Below are positions 31,634 through 40,199 of a DNA stretch of 64,000 nucleotides, piece by piece. Below the pieces are notes generated by a model, which had not been told where the DNA came from, did no database searches, and saw only the letters and a program-made list of their open reading frames with translations. The DNA is from Bdellovibrionales bacterium (lineage in GTDB: Bacteria; Bdellovibrionota; Bdellovibrionia; Bdellovibrionales; UBA1609), in the NCBI GenBank assembly GCA_965199825.1, contig OZ241329.1, positions 416,001 through 480,000 of the forward strand, read 5' to 3'. Positions within the stretch are counted from its first letter, which is position 1. Each line of letters starts with the position of its first letter. A program made the translations under genes and the position numbers.

Positions 31634-32242
31634 TTATCCCCTACCTGGAGTGTTCATTGGGTTTCGAAGTTTTCCAAGTAGCACCGTGACATCTGATTGG
31701 AGCTGATGGATGTCGCCATTATTGAAGATCACAAAAGGTGTTTTGAGTTCCTTTTCCTTAAGTGGCATTTGTGAGTCGATTCGCTTTTTTGCATCACTTT
31801 CGCTTAAATGATCTCGCTCGATCGCTCGGCGAAGTTGAATATCGGGACTACAAGTCACCACAACGACCGCATCAAATTGAGATTGCAGGTTTTTTTCATA
31901 AAGTAAGGGCACATCATAAAATCCAAGTTCGGTTTTAATATTTTGTTTTTTTTGTTTTAAAAGATTTTGAATCAATGGATGAACGATCGCTTCGAGTTGG
32001 AGCAATCGATCGGGATGACCAAAAACAAGCCCGCCTAATTTTTGGCGATCCAAACTTTGGTCGGGGTTTAAAACTGCTGGGCCAAAGACCTGAACTATTT
32101 TTTTAAGTCCAGGAGTTTGAGGCTCAACCACCTCTCGAGCAAGGCCGTCAGCATCGACAACGTCGTAGCCTTGATCGCGTAAAAGCCTTGCCACTGTTGA
32201 TTTTCCACAGGCCATGCCGCCGGTTAATCCAATCCATTTCAT
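31634..32242 (-). CDS. coaE: Dephospho-CoA kinase
   Basis: IGLTGGMACGKSTV, DAD, LDRQKLG, HPLI, DVPLLYE, RIDSQM. Confidence 0.95.
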   Translation of the reverse strand: MKWIGLTGGMACGKSTVARLLRDQGYDVVDADGLAREVVEPQTPGLKKIVQVFGPAVLNPDQSLDRQKLGGLVFGHPDRLLQLEAIVHPLIQNLLKQKKQNIKTELGFYDVPLLYEKNLQSQFDAVVVVTCSPDIQLRRAIERDHLSESDAKKRIDSQMPLKEKELKTPFVIFNNGDIHQLQSDVTVLLGKLRNPMNTPGRG

Positions 32243-32300
32243 CGTAACCTAACCTTAGTATGGGCATTTAGCAGAGATCAATGCCTTCCGATGTACTGAT

Positions 32301-34310
32301 ATGGCGGACGCATACGAATATTTTGGCAAATACATTTTGCTAGAAAAATTAGCCACAGGTGGCATGGCCGAGGTGTTTTTAGCACGCGCGCCGGGCGCCG
32401 ATGGCATTGGAAAATTCGTTGCGATCAAACGGATTCTTCCACAGTTTGCCGAGAGCCCTGAATTTATCGATATGTTTCGCGATGAAGCAAAAATCGCAAT
32501 CAATCTTTCACACAGCAATATCGTCAGCATTCAAGAATTCGGAATCCAAGCCAATCAATTTTATATTGTTATGGATTTTGTTGAGGGTAAAAATCTTCGA
32601 CAAATATTAAACAAGCTTAAAAAAGTTGGGCAAACCTTTACCTTTGAGCAAATCGTTTTTATTTGCAAAGAAGTTTCCGGTGGGCTTGATCATGCGCATC
32701 GCTGTCTTGATGGCACAACCGGCAAACCTTTAAATATCACTCATAGAGATATGAGCCCCCAAAACGTTATGACCTCGTACGAGGGTGAAGTTAAAATTGT
32801 CGATTTCGGAATTGCCAAAGCCGAAAGTCAGATGGAGACCACGCGTGCAGGGACTTTAAAGGGAAAATTTGGCTACATGAGTCCCGAACAGGCCGAAGGC
32901 CAAACGGTTGATTTACGTACCGATATTTTTTCGCTCGGAATTGTTTTGTGGGAGCTGTTAGCAAATGATCGTTTGTTTATGGCAAACAACGAGATCAACA
33001 CCCTTCGAAAAATTCGCGATTGCCAAATTCCATCGCTTAGAAAAATTAATCCCAACATCGATGCCGAACTCGAACGTATCGTGATGAAGGCTTTAACTCG
33101 GGATCGATCCATGCGCTATCAAACTGGTGCAGCACTTCATCGTGATCTGAATCGATTTTTAAATCGCAAATATCCCGATTTTTCGCCTCACGATTTTTCG
33201 GTCAGCATCAAAACACTCTTTGCCGACGAGATTCTTTCAAATCGCAAAAAATTTATTGAGTACGCACGGGTTCCGTTTCGTCAAGAACCTCAAACTCGCA
33301 CCGTACTCACCCGAACGTTTGAGACCAACGCAGATTTAGACAAGAACACGATTGCAACTGGCGATTATTCGAATCCTACATTTGAGCGTTCTGATTATCA
33401 CAACGACGACAAGGCCGCCGCACCCCAACAGGTGCAACAATCGGCTCGCGACGCTTACCAACAAAATCAAACAGTCCCCCAAATCGTAAAGCCACCGCCA
33501 AAATTTAAGCCCAAAATGGTGGATGACGATGACATCGAAGAGCTCTCACTCACCCGCCGCAACAATGGCGCTTGGGTTTTGCGCGCGATGATGATGAGTC
33601 TTTTTGTATTCGTGTGCTATTCGTATTTTGCAAAATACTACACTGCCTCCATGAAGGGTGTGATTCGCTTTACCAACCCGGTACTTGCACCTCTTCATGC
33701 CGCACTGGGTGTGGATGGAAATCAATCGCTCTCAAGCACAGCACCGGTTCAACAACAAAGAACAGTGCCACCTGTCGCAGCCACTCCACCGCCGCCTCAA
33801 GCCGCGATCGAGCCGGTGCACGAGTGGATGACTTCGATTATTGTTACGAGCAATCCCTCTGGCGCAGAGATTTATATCAAAGGAAAAAACACCGGCCTTT
33901 TGACTCCCTCACGAGTGGAATTGCCGCAAGAAAGAGTGTTTGCACTTGGACTTAAAAAAACAGGTTACGCCGATATTTTAAGAAAAGACGTGGACCGTTC
34001 CAACTTGTCGTCCCGATTAAGTTTTGAACTTCCAAAAGCGGTTGTGGGTTATCTCGAAATTGATGTTCGCCCCCCTCGCTTTGTGCGTCTCTTCGTCAAC
34101 GGCCAGCCCGTCAGTTTTGATCATATGCCGATTTCAAAGTTTCCGGTTGCCGCAGACACTCCTGTGGTGATTCGGGCTGAAGATCCAGAAACCCGAACAT
34201 TCGTCGAAAAAACAACAAGCGTGTCGCTCGAAAAATATTCGCGCGTGCTTCTTGATTTTAGAACAGCAAAGCCTTTAGGTCGTTTGCGCCGAACATCAAG
34301 CCAAAATTAA
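32301..34310 (+). CDS. Hanks-type Ser/Thr kinase with TM and PEGA domain
   Basis: GGMAEVF, VAIK, HRDMSPQN, DFG, YMSPEQ; TM; 'VTSNPSGAEIYI' PEGA. Confidence 0.92.
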   Translation: MADAYEYFGKYILLEKLATGGMAEVFLARAPGADGIGKFVAIKRILPQFAESPEFIDMFRDEAKIAINLSHSNIVSIQEFGIQANQFYIVMDFVEGKNLRQILNKLKKVGQTFTFEQIVFICKEVSGGLDHAHRCLDGTTGKPLNITHRDMSPQNVMTSYEGEVKIVDFGIAKAESQMETTRAGTLKGKFGYMSPEQAEGQTVDLRTDIFSLGIVLWELLANDRLFMANNEINTLRKIRDCQIPSLRKINPNIDAELERIVMKALTRDRSMRYQTGAALHRDLNRFLNRKYPDFSPHDFSVSIKTLFADEILSNRKKFIEYARVPFRQEPQTRTVLTRTFETNADLDKNTIATGDYSNPTFERSDYHNDDKAAAPQQVQQSARDAYQQNQTVPQIVKPPPKFKPKMVDDDDIEELSLTRRNNGAWVLRAMMMSLFVFVCYSYFAKYYTASMKGVIRFTNPVLAPLHAALGVDGNQSLSSTAPVQQQRTVPPVAATPPPPQAAIEPVHEWMTSIIVTSNPSGAEIYIKGKNTGLLTPSRVELPQERVFALGLKKTGYADILRKDVDRSNLSSRLSFELPKAVVGYLEIDVRPPRFVRLFVNGQPVSFDHMPISKFPVAADTPVVIRAEDPETRTFVEKTTSVSLEKYSRVLLDFRTAKPLGRLRRTSSQN

Positions 34311-34349
34311 CTTGCTAATAAATTTGATATTGCATCAAATTTTTAGACC

Positions 34350-36020
34350 ATGGAATCAATCATTTTATCGGCTTTGTCTCAATGCACGAATCGCTCCCCC
34401 AAAGGGGCGGGTCTCAAATTTAAAATCAAAAACAAATGGCTTACCTATTCGTGGCCTGATGTTTACGAGAGCGTCGATCTCTTAGCTAAAGCGATCGATG
34501 CCCTTGATTCCAGTCAAAACATTGTGATCTGGGCTCACACCTCAAGATTTTGGTTTTTGACTGATCTTGCAATCATGGCGCTAGGAAAAGTGAGCGTGCC
34601 GATTTATCCCAACTCAAGTCTCGACGACGTCAAAAAAATTATTGATGAAGTCAAACCGACCCTGGTGTTTATCGATCATCCCTCACAAATCGAAATACTA
34701 TCAAAAACGTATAAACAGATCTCATTTGTTTGCTTTCGCGAAGAACATAAAAGTCTTATGACCTTTGATCATCTTCTACAAAAGGGTCAAAAAATAAAAG
34801 GGCCCAAACTTGACGCACGAATTCAAAAAATAAAACCAGATGTACCTGTCACCATCATCTACACTTCGGGAACAACGGGTAAGCCGCGCGGCGTGGTGCT
34901 CAGTCATAAACAAATTAATAGTGAAATCGAGGATCTTTCAAAATCAGCACTCATCACAGAAAAGGATTGTTTTTTATCCTTTTTGCCCTACGCCCATATT
35001 GTTGGCCGCACCGAAAGTTTTTTGGCTCTCTTCACCGGAGCAACTCTCGCCTTTGCCGAAGAAGTTGAACATCTCCGTGCCGATCTTAAAGTTGTTCGCC
35101 CCTCGATTTTGGTTGCAGTCCCCAGAGTGATCGAAAAAATTGGTTTAAGCCTCGATACGAAAATGAAATTGGATCTGTTTCGATTTCGAATTTTTGATCG
35201 TGCAGCCCAGTTGCGCTCAGTATTTTTTAAAGGGCCTCAGCGACAAGTGGGATCAAACCTGCGGTTTATAATTTCTGGTGGTGCAGCACTGCCAAAATCA
35301 ACCGCCGAATATTTTTTTCGTTTAGGAATTTTGATTCTCGAAGGCTATGGGCTGACCGAAACAACCGGAGCAATCACCCTCAACACACAAATCGCTCACC
35401 GCTTTGGAACGGTAGGAAAGCCCCTTGGCCACACCGAAATCAAACTTGCCTCTGATGGCGAAATTTTGGTTCGCAGCCCCAAGGTGATGGAGGGCTACTA
35501 TAAAGATCCCACGGGCACCAAAGAATCGATCACTCAAGATGGCTTTTTTAAAACCGGCGATATTGGCGAATTATCCGAAGACGGATTTCTGACCATTACC
35601 GATCGCAAAAGAGATCTTATCAAAACCTCGTTGGGCAAATTTGTGGCTCCCCAAAAACTCGTCCAGCTTTTTAGTTCTCATCCTTTGATCTCAAATGTTT
35701 TGATTTATGGCGAAAACCAAAAATACATTGTGGCTCTGGTTACACTTCATAAATTGCGTGTGATGAAGATTGCAAAAGAGATGAAATTGTCGTTTCAAGA
35801 TTACCCGTCACTATTAAAGCTTGAAGCAGTACAAAAAATTGTTCGCGAAATCGTGGCTGAGGTGAATGCTCACTTGAGTCCACACGAAACCATTAAGAAC
35901 TTTGCAATCTTGCCCAAAGATTTTTCGGTTAAAAACGGCGAGCTCACACCCTCACTCAAAATTCGGCGCAAATTTTGTGGCGAAAAATATGGTGAGGCGA
36001 TCGCGCGTCTCTACAATTAA
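34350..36020 (+). CDS. fadD: Long-chain fatty acid-CoA ligase
   Basis: YTSGTTGKPRG, EGYGLTET, FKTGDIG, DRKRDLIKTS, ELTPSLKIRR. Confidence 0.88.
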   Translation: MESIILSALSQCTNRSPKGAGLKFKIKNKWLTYSWPDVYESVDLLAKAIDALDSSQNIVIWAHTSRFWFLTDLAIMALGKVSVPIYPNSSLDDVKKIIDEVKPTLVFIDHPSQIEILSKTYKQISFVCFREEHKSLMTFDHLLQKGQKIKGPKLDARIQKIKPDVPVTIIYTSGTTGKPRGVVLSHKQINSEIEDLSKSALITEKDCFLSFLPYAHIVGRTESFLALFTGATLAFAEEVEHLRADLKVVRPSILVAVPRVIEKIGLSLDTKMKLDLFRFRIFDRAAQLRSVFFKGPQRQVGSNLRFIISGGAALPKSTAEYFFRLGILILEGYGLTETTGAITLNTQIAHRFGTVGKPLGHTEIKLASDGEILVRSPKVMEGYYKDPTGTKESITQDGFFKTGDIGELSEDGFLTITDRKRDLIKTSLGKFVAPQKLVQLFSSHPLISNVLIYGENQKYIVALVTLHKLRVMKIAKEMKLSFQDYPSLLKLEAVQKIVREIVAEVNAHLSPHETIKNFAILPKDFSVKNGELTPSLKIRRKFCGEKYGEAIARLYN

Positions 36021-36514
36021 AGCGGCGATTTTTTAAGATCGAGAACGAGGCGCGCCTTGCCTTTTAATTCATAAACTTCCATTGCGACCGAAGACTTCAG
36101 GTCTATGACCAAACTTAACGAGTGATCTTCGGGATCCATCACCGCTTTGACGTCTGCAATGAGCGGCGACGATTTTAAAATCTTTTTGATCTGTGGCTCG
36201 GTCAGGGCCGACTGATAGATATACGACAAATCCACAACAATTCGGCGTGGAGTTTTTTGTAAGGCCGCATGGTAGGAGCCCATCGGCGACATCAACGGCT
36301 TTAAGTGTTCATCACCAATATCTAAAATAATCCTTTGCATATTGTGAGTGCCCACATATTTGCTGCGGACATTGATCAGTGCCAAAGGTTTTTGAGCGCC
36401 CCCGCCATACACCACCCCCTCATTGAGATAAGATTGGGTGCGGCGATCTAAACCATGTTTATATATAGATGCGGCAAAGGTCGGCGACAAAAGCAAAATC
36501 AACATGTAATTCAT
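36017..36514 (-). CDS. Secreted AMIN-domain-like protein
   Basis: Signal peptide; RIILDI, RRIVVDL and RLVLDL beta motifs. Confidence 0.6.
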   Translation of the reverse strand: MNYMLILLLSPTFAASIYKHGLDRRTQSYLNEGVVYGGGAQKPLALINVRSKYVGTHNMQRIILDIGDEHLKPLMSPMGSYHAALQKTPRRIVVDLSYIYQSALTEPQIKKILKSSPLIADVKAVMDPEDHSLSLVIDLKSSVAMEVYELKGKARLVLDLKKSPL

Positions 36515-36558
36515 ACGCTTGATCTTAGAATCATATTTTGTGATTTACATATTAAAAA

Positions 36559-36574
36559 AGGCGTGTTTACTGCA
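36559..36574 (+). promoter_or_regulatory. sigma54-like GG-N10-GC element
   Basis: AGGCGTGTTTACTGCA; a matching element GGGCATACTTACTGCA at 37574-37589 sits at the same distance from the paralog ATG. Confidence 0.45.
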
Positions 36575-36588
36575 CTCCAGTAAATCTT

Positions 36589-37503
36589 ATGACTTCAATT
36601 CTATTTTTATTTTTAGTAAGCTCCTACGCGGTCGATCGTCTTCCTCCGTTAAATGAAATGAAGGCAAGGCTCGAACAAGGCTCGCTTGAGACTAGGGTTG
36701 ACCTGATTCATGTTGGTTCATTAGTTGTCCATCAGAAGATGAGCGGCGCCGGATACACGGAACAAGATTTAGCCAACGTGAACCTCTTATTGCTTACAGA
36801 TTTGCATCCGATCGGTCCAAAACTTTTACAAGCAGTGGCTTATTATTCTGATGATTTTATAGCGAGCCAAAAAAGAATTTCTTTGTTTCTCAAAAATTTT
36901 CCGAAAGACAAAGAATTTTCTAAACGCGCCAGCGAGATCAACGCCTCTGTTTTTTATCTTAAGTATATTGAAAATCCTGGAGCCGAAATTTATGATCACA
37001 TCGCGCAGAAGATAGCTGAGCTGATCTTTGAAGCCGCTTTAAAATTTAAAAATAATTACGAACAGATTGAAGATTTTTATATTAAAACTTTGGGAGAGAT
37101 TTTTCGCGATTGTTCTACCGAAGTGCGAAGCCAAATCTACTCTCGCCTCGTCAACCCCAAAATGAATGACGGGTTTAATCATCTTGTCAAAGGGATGATC
37201 GAGAAAAAACTCGAGAATTTGCCAATAGCGATATTTTCAGCCGTGTTTGGAGCACCTTTGCTTGTGAGCACATTCGCTCTAGCAGAAAAATTTGAACCTC
37301 TCCCTTATCTCATTTTTCCGAATGATCCTGTTTACGCAGGCGTGGCTCTTACACTCTTTGTCGCATTTTTTGGCTATCCAAAATATGCGGCTTATCGAGT
37401 CGAAGCCCGACTGCAAAAAGTTGCACCCCTGATCAATCAACTTTTTGATACCTGCCGTTCCTTATTGCTGGCAAAACCAATGAACGATCTTCAGGATTTA
37501 TAA
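36589..37503 (+). CDS. Orphan secreted/membrane protein, family A paralog 1
   Basis: Signal peptide, helical, two C-terminal hydrophobic helices, near-terminal CRSLL. Confidence 0.75.
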   Translation: MTSILFLFLVSSYAVDRLPPLNEMKARLEQGSLETRVDLIHVGSLVVHQKMSGAGYTEQDLANVNLLLLTDLHPIGPKLLQAVAYYSDDFIASQKRISLFLKNFPKDKEFSKRASEINASVFYLKYIENPGAEIYDHIAQKIAELIFEAALKFKNNYEQIEDFYIKTLGEIFRDCSTEVRSQIYSRLVNPKMNDGFNHLVKGMIEKKLENLPIAIFSAVFGAPLLVSTFALAEKFEPLPYLIFPNDPVYAGVALTLFVAFFGYPKYAAYRVEARLQKVAPLINQLFDTCRSLLLAKPMNDLQDL

Positions 37504-37603
37504 CAAAATCAACACTCTCCATGCGGATGAGCTCAACAGGTTGATTGCAGTTCGAAGTTGCTAAACATTTTAAGGGCATACTTACTGCAAACCAGGAGCA
37601 GAT

Positions 37604-38512
37604 ATGATCCAAACTCTCATTTTAGTTTTGTCACTATTTCAAGCCCATGCGGATCATTTTGAAGATTTCAAAACACTTCGGCGTCAGTTTGTATCTCAAT
37701 CTTCTAAGGTTACCGACTCATCCCTAGACAAAACATTAACAACCATCGCGACCAAGCTCTTTCATCATAATCCAAAAGATATTTATGCAATGGGATACAC
37801 CTTTACAGATGTCGCTAATGTTTTAGAGCTCATCGTGACGACCGACAGAGGCACAGGAATTATTGGCAATATTTTGTCACAATCGCCGCAATTCAAAGAA
37901 TCTCAATCCCGCATCTTAAAAATCTTTGAGACTTCTCCGTTTCAACACGATTTAAGTGAACAGGCGGCTCGTCTGCAACAAGTTGTTTTTTATCTCTCTC
38001 AAGTCGAAGATGAGGGGTTTGATGATTACGCTTTGGTTGGCAATAATTTGATTGTTCTTCTGGCCTCGTCACTCCCCTATTTGGCGAAGGATTCGGAAAA
38101 GGTTATTGATTCTTTCGAACACATTCTTATTGAGATCTTTAGCTCGGCCTCACCCCTATTTTTGAGCGAGATACGGCGACACCTCGTAGGAGAACGATTT
38201 ATACAAAGATTCGAGACCGACAGTCGCCTGGCATTGAGCAGTCGGCTGCTCAATGCTTTGCAAACCCTTGCTACACCAGTAACCCTTATGCCCATTGGAT
38301 TAGCCATCATGCAGCTGGGCCAGACTTATCATTTGATTTCCTCGGGCGTTCCAACCATTCAAAGCCAATATCTTATAACAACTGGTATCTTGGCTTTTGT
38401 TAATTTTGTTGCGATTCAATTATTGGGTAACCACCGAGCTCATGTTCAAGAGAAATTAAGGCCGCGAATCAACGAGCAACTGATGAAATGTCGCTCTCTT
38501 CTGAATCGTTAA
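37604..38512 (+). CDS. Orphan secreted/membrane protein, family A paralog 2
   Basis: Shares 'GYT..D.ANV' and 'VFYL..VE' with paralog 1; ends KCRSLLNR. Confidence 0.75.
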   Translation: MIQTLILVLSLFQAHADHFEDFKTLRRQFVSQSSKVTDSSLDKTLTTIATKLFHHNPKDIYAMGYTFTDVANVLELIVTTDRGTGIIGNILSQSPQFKESQSRILKIFETSPFQHDLSEQAARLQQVVFYLSQVEDEGFDDYALVGNNLIVLLASSLPYLAKDSEKVIDSFEHILIEIFSSASPLFLSEIRRHLVGERFIQRFETDSRLALSSRLLNALQTLATPVTLMPIGLAIMQLGQTYHLISSGVPTIQSQYLITTGILAFVNFVAIQLLGNHRAHVQEKLRPRINEQLMKCRSLLNR

Positions 38513-38523
38513 ATGAAAGACTT

Positions 38524-39444
38524 ATGACTTATATCTTGTTTTTTATTTTACAGTTACCCACTGCTCTAGCTCAGCGCATGCCGGACTTTGGCCAAATGCA
38601 GATGGATTATAACGGCGATTCTTTACTAAGGGGCGCATATGAACTTAATAAAGACATTCCTCATGTCATGATGGCCGTTGCTATTGGCAAAACCCAAACC
38701 CTTTTGGATGAAGGATTTACGGCCGAGGACATTCTTAAGGTTCAAACCCTTTTATTTTTAGTTACCGGACCTCAAGCTAAACAATTACTGAAAGACAGTG
38801 CGCTTCAATCGGAGCGGTTTAAAGATGCCGATCAACAGATTCAAAAACTACTTTTAGAAATTTCGAAAGATGCTTACGTTTTGGACCTCGCCCAAGGGCT
38901 TCACGTCACTGTCTTTCATCTTAATCTTATGGATGATCCCGCCAATGCTATTTATGAAGACGTCGCTCGCCTTTTAGTTCGGCTACTCAGCGAGGCCGTT
39001 CCTTATATTAAAAAAAATCCAGTTCAAGTAAACCAAACTTATATAAACGTGGTCCAAAAGATTTTTGAAAACACCACCCCAGCAACTCGGTCGAGAATAA
39101 ATTTTGAGTTGGTTAGTCCCACCATGCGCAACGAATTTGATAGACGAGGTCTTACAAACCTTTGGCGGATACCAAAAAAGATCATGTCGACCGGAGTGAT
39201 CCTTGCGCTTTCGGGCCCATTTTTTTTGACCGCTTATAAATTTGTAGAATTATTGCATCCAAGGCAGACCCTTCTCCCTCAGATTTCACTGCAAAATGCG
39301 GCAGTCAGCGGCGTAACTTTACTGTTGATGCTTGCTCTCGATCAGGTTTTTAAAGCACGTCGTGATGCTGCTTATAGATCAATTGAACCTAAGGTCGACC
39401 TCCTTTATCGAGATTGCCGTAGGCTTCTCAGCCGCAACTTGTAG
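38524..39444 (+). CDS. Orphan secreted/membrane protein, family A paralog 3
   Basis: Start MTYILFF; 'GFTAEDI', 'VFHL', 'LVSPTMRNEF'; ends DCRRLLSRNL. Confidence 0.75.
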   Translation: MTYILFFILQLPTALAQRMPDFGQMQMDYNGDSLLRGAYELNKDIPHVMMAVAIGKTQTLLDEGFTAEDILKVQTLLFLVTGPQAKQLLKDSALQSERFKDADQQIQKLLLEISKDAYVLDLAQGLHVTVFHLNLMDDPANAIYEDVARLLVRLLSEAVPYIKKNPVQVNQTYINVVQKIFENTTPATRSRINFELVSPTMRNEFDRRGLTNLWRIPKKIMSTGVILALSGPFFLTAYKFVELLHPRQTLLPQISLQNAAVSGVTLLLMLALDQVFKARRDAAYRSIEPKVDLLYRDCRRLLSRNL

Positions 39445-39591
39445 CCAATTCTCGGCAATACCCAAGCTCCCCACTGACATTTTTGAGCTCTCATTCTGAG
39501 ACAATGCCCCTCAGATCGCATATAACCCCTGGCATTCTTCTTGATATGTAATCTCTTCGTAGAGGCTTAAATTTTTTATAGGAGAGAGAAA

Positions 39592-40119
39592 ATGAAATCG
39601 TTATTATTGGCAAGTTGCGCATTCGTAGCTGTGGCCTTATCGGCTTGCGGTGGTGGTGGTGGCGGCGGCGGAACAGCTGCACAACCCTGCGTGAACTATC
39701 AATCCCAGGGATATCAAAACATCGGTAACAATAGCTACCGCGATCCCTATAACCCACAAAACGTTGTGACGTGCAGCCCAAATTCAGCGCTGTATGGAAA
39801 TCAAAATTTCAATAATTTGAATTTTAATAACATCAATGGCATCCAACCTTTTGGTGGCGATCAAGCATGCGCAGCTTACAACGGCGGATCAGGTTGGGTT
39901 GTTGTTGGAACACCAAATGGATTAGTGTGTGTGCGCCAAGTTTTGATTCCACCAACTATTCAGCCTGCATACTTTCAAGGACCATCAAATAATATTCCAG
40001 TGTATCAGACTTGCGCATTTGGTGGATGTAACCGTTGCGGTCTTGGCGGATCAATTGGAGCAGCATTTAATGTTCCAGGTCTTTCTGCTAGCCTCAACTT
40101 TTGCGGCGGCGGATACTAA
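39592..40119 (+). CDS. Gly/Asn/Cys-rich lipoprotein
   Basis: SD AGGAG, lipobox LSAC, poly-Gly linker, eight further Cys. Confidence 0.75.
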   Translation: MKSLLLASCAFVAVALSACGGGGGGGGTAAQPCVNYQSQGYQNIGNNSYRDPYNPQNVVTCSPNSALYGNQNFNNLNFNNINGIQPFGGDQACAAYNGGSGWVVVGTPNGLVCVRQVLIPPTIQPAYFQGPSNNIPVYQTCAFGGCNRCGLGGSIGAAFNVPGLSASLNFCGGGY

Positions 40120-40141
40120 CAAGTACCTGACAAACGAAATC

Positions 40142-40195
40142 GAGATCCTTATAGTTAAAGCCACCTAAAAAGGGCTTTAACACCATAAGGATCTC
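40142..40195 (+). promoter_or_regulatory. Long hairpin covering the RBS of the M3 peptidase gene
   Basis: GAGATCCTTAT/ATAAGGATCTC outer stem and GTTAAAGCC/GGCTTTAAC inner stem. Confidence 0.6.
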
Positions 40196-40199
40196 TAGC

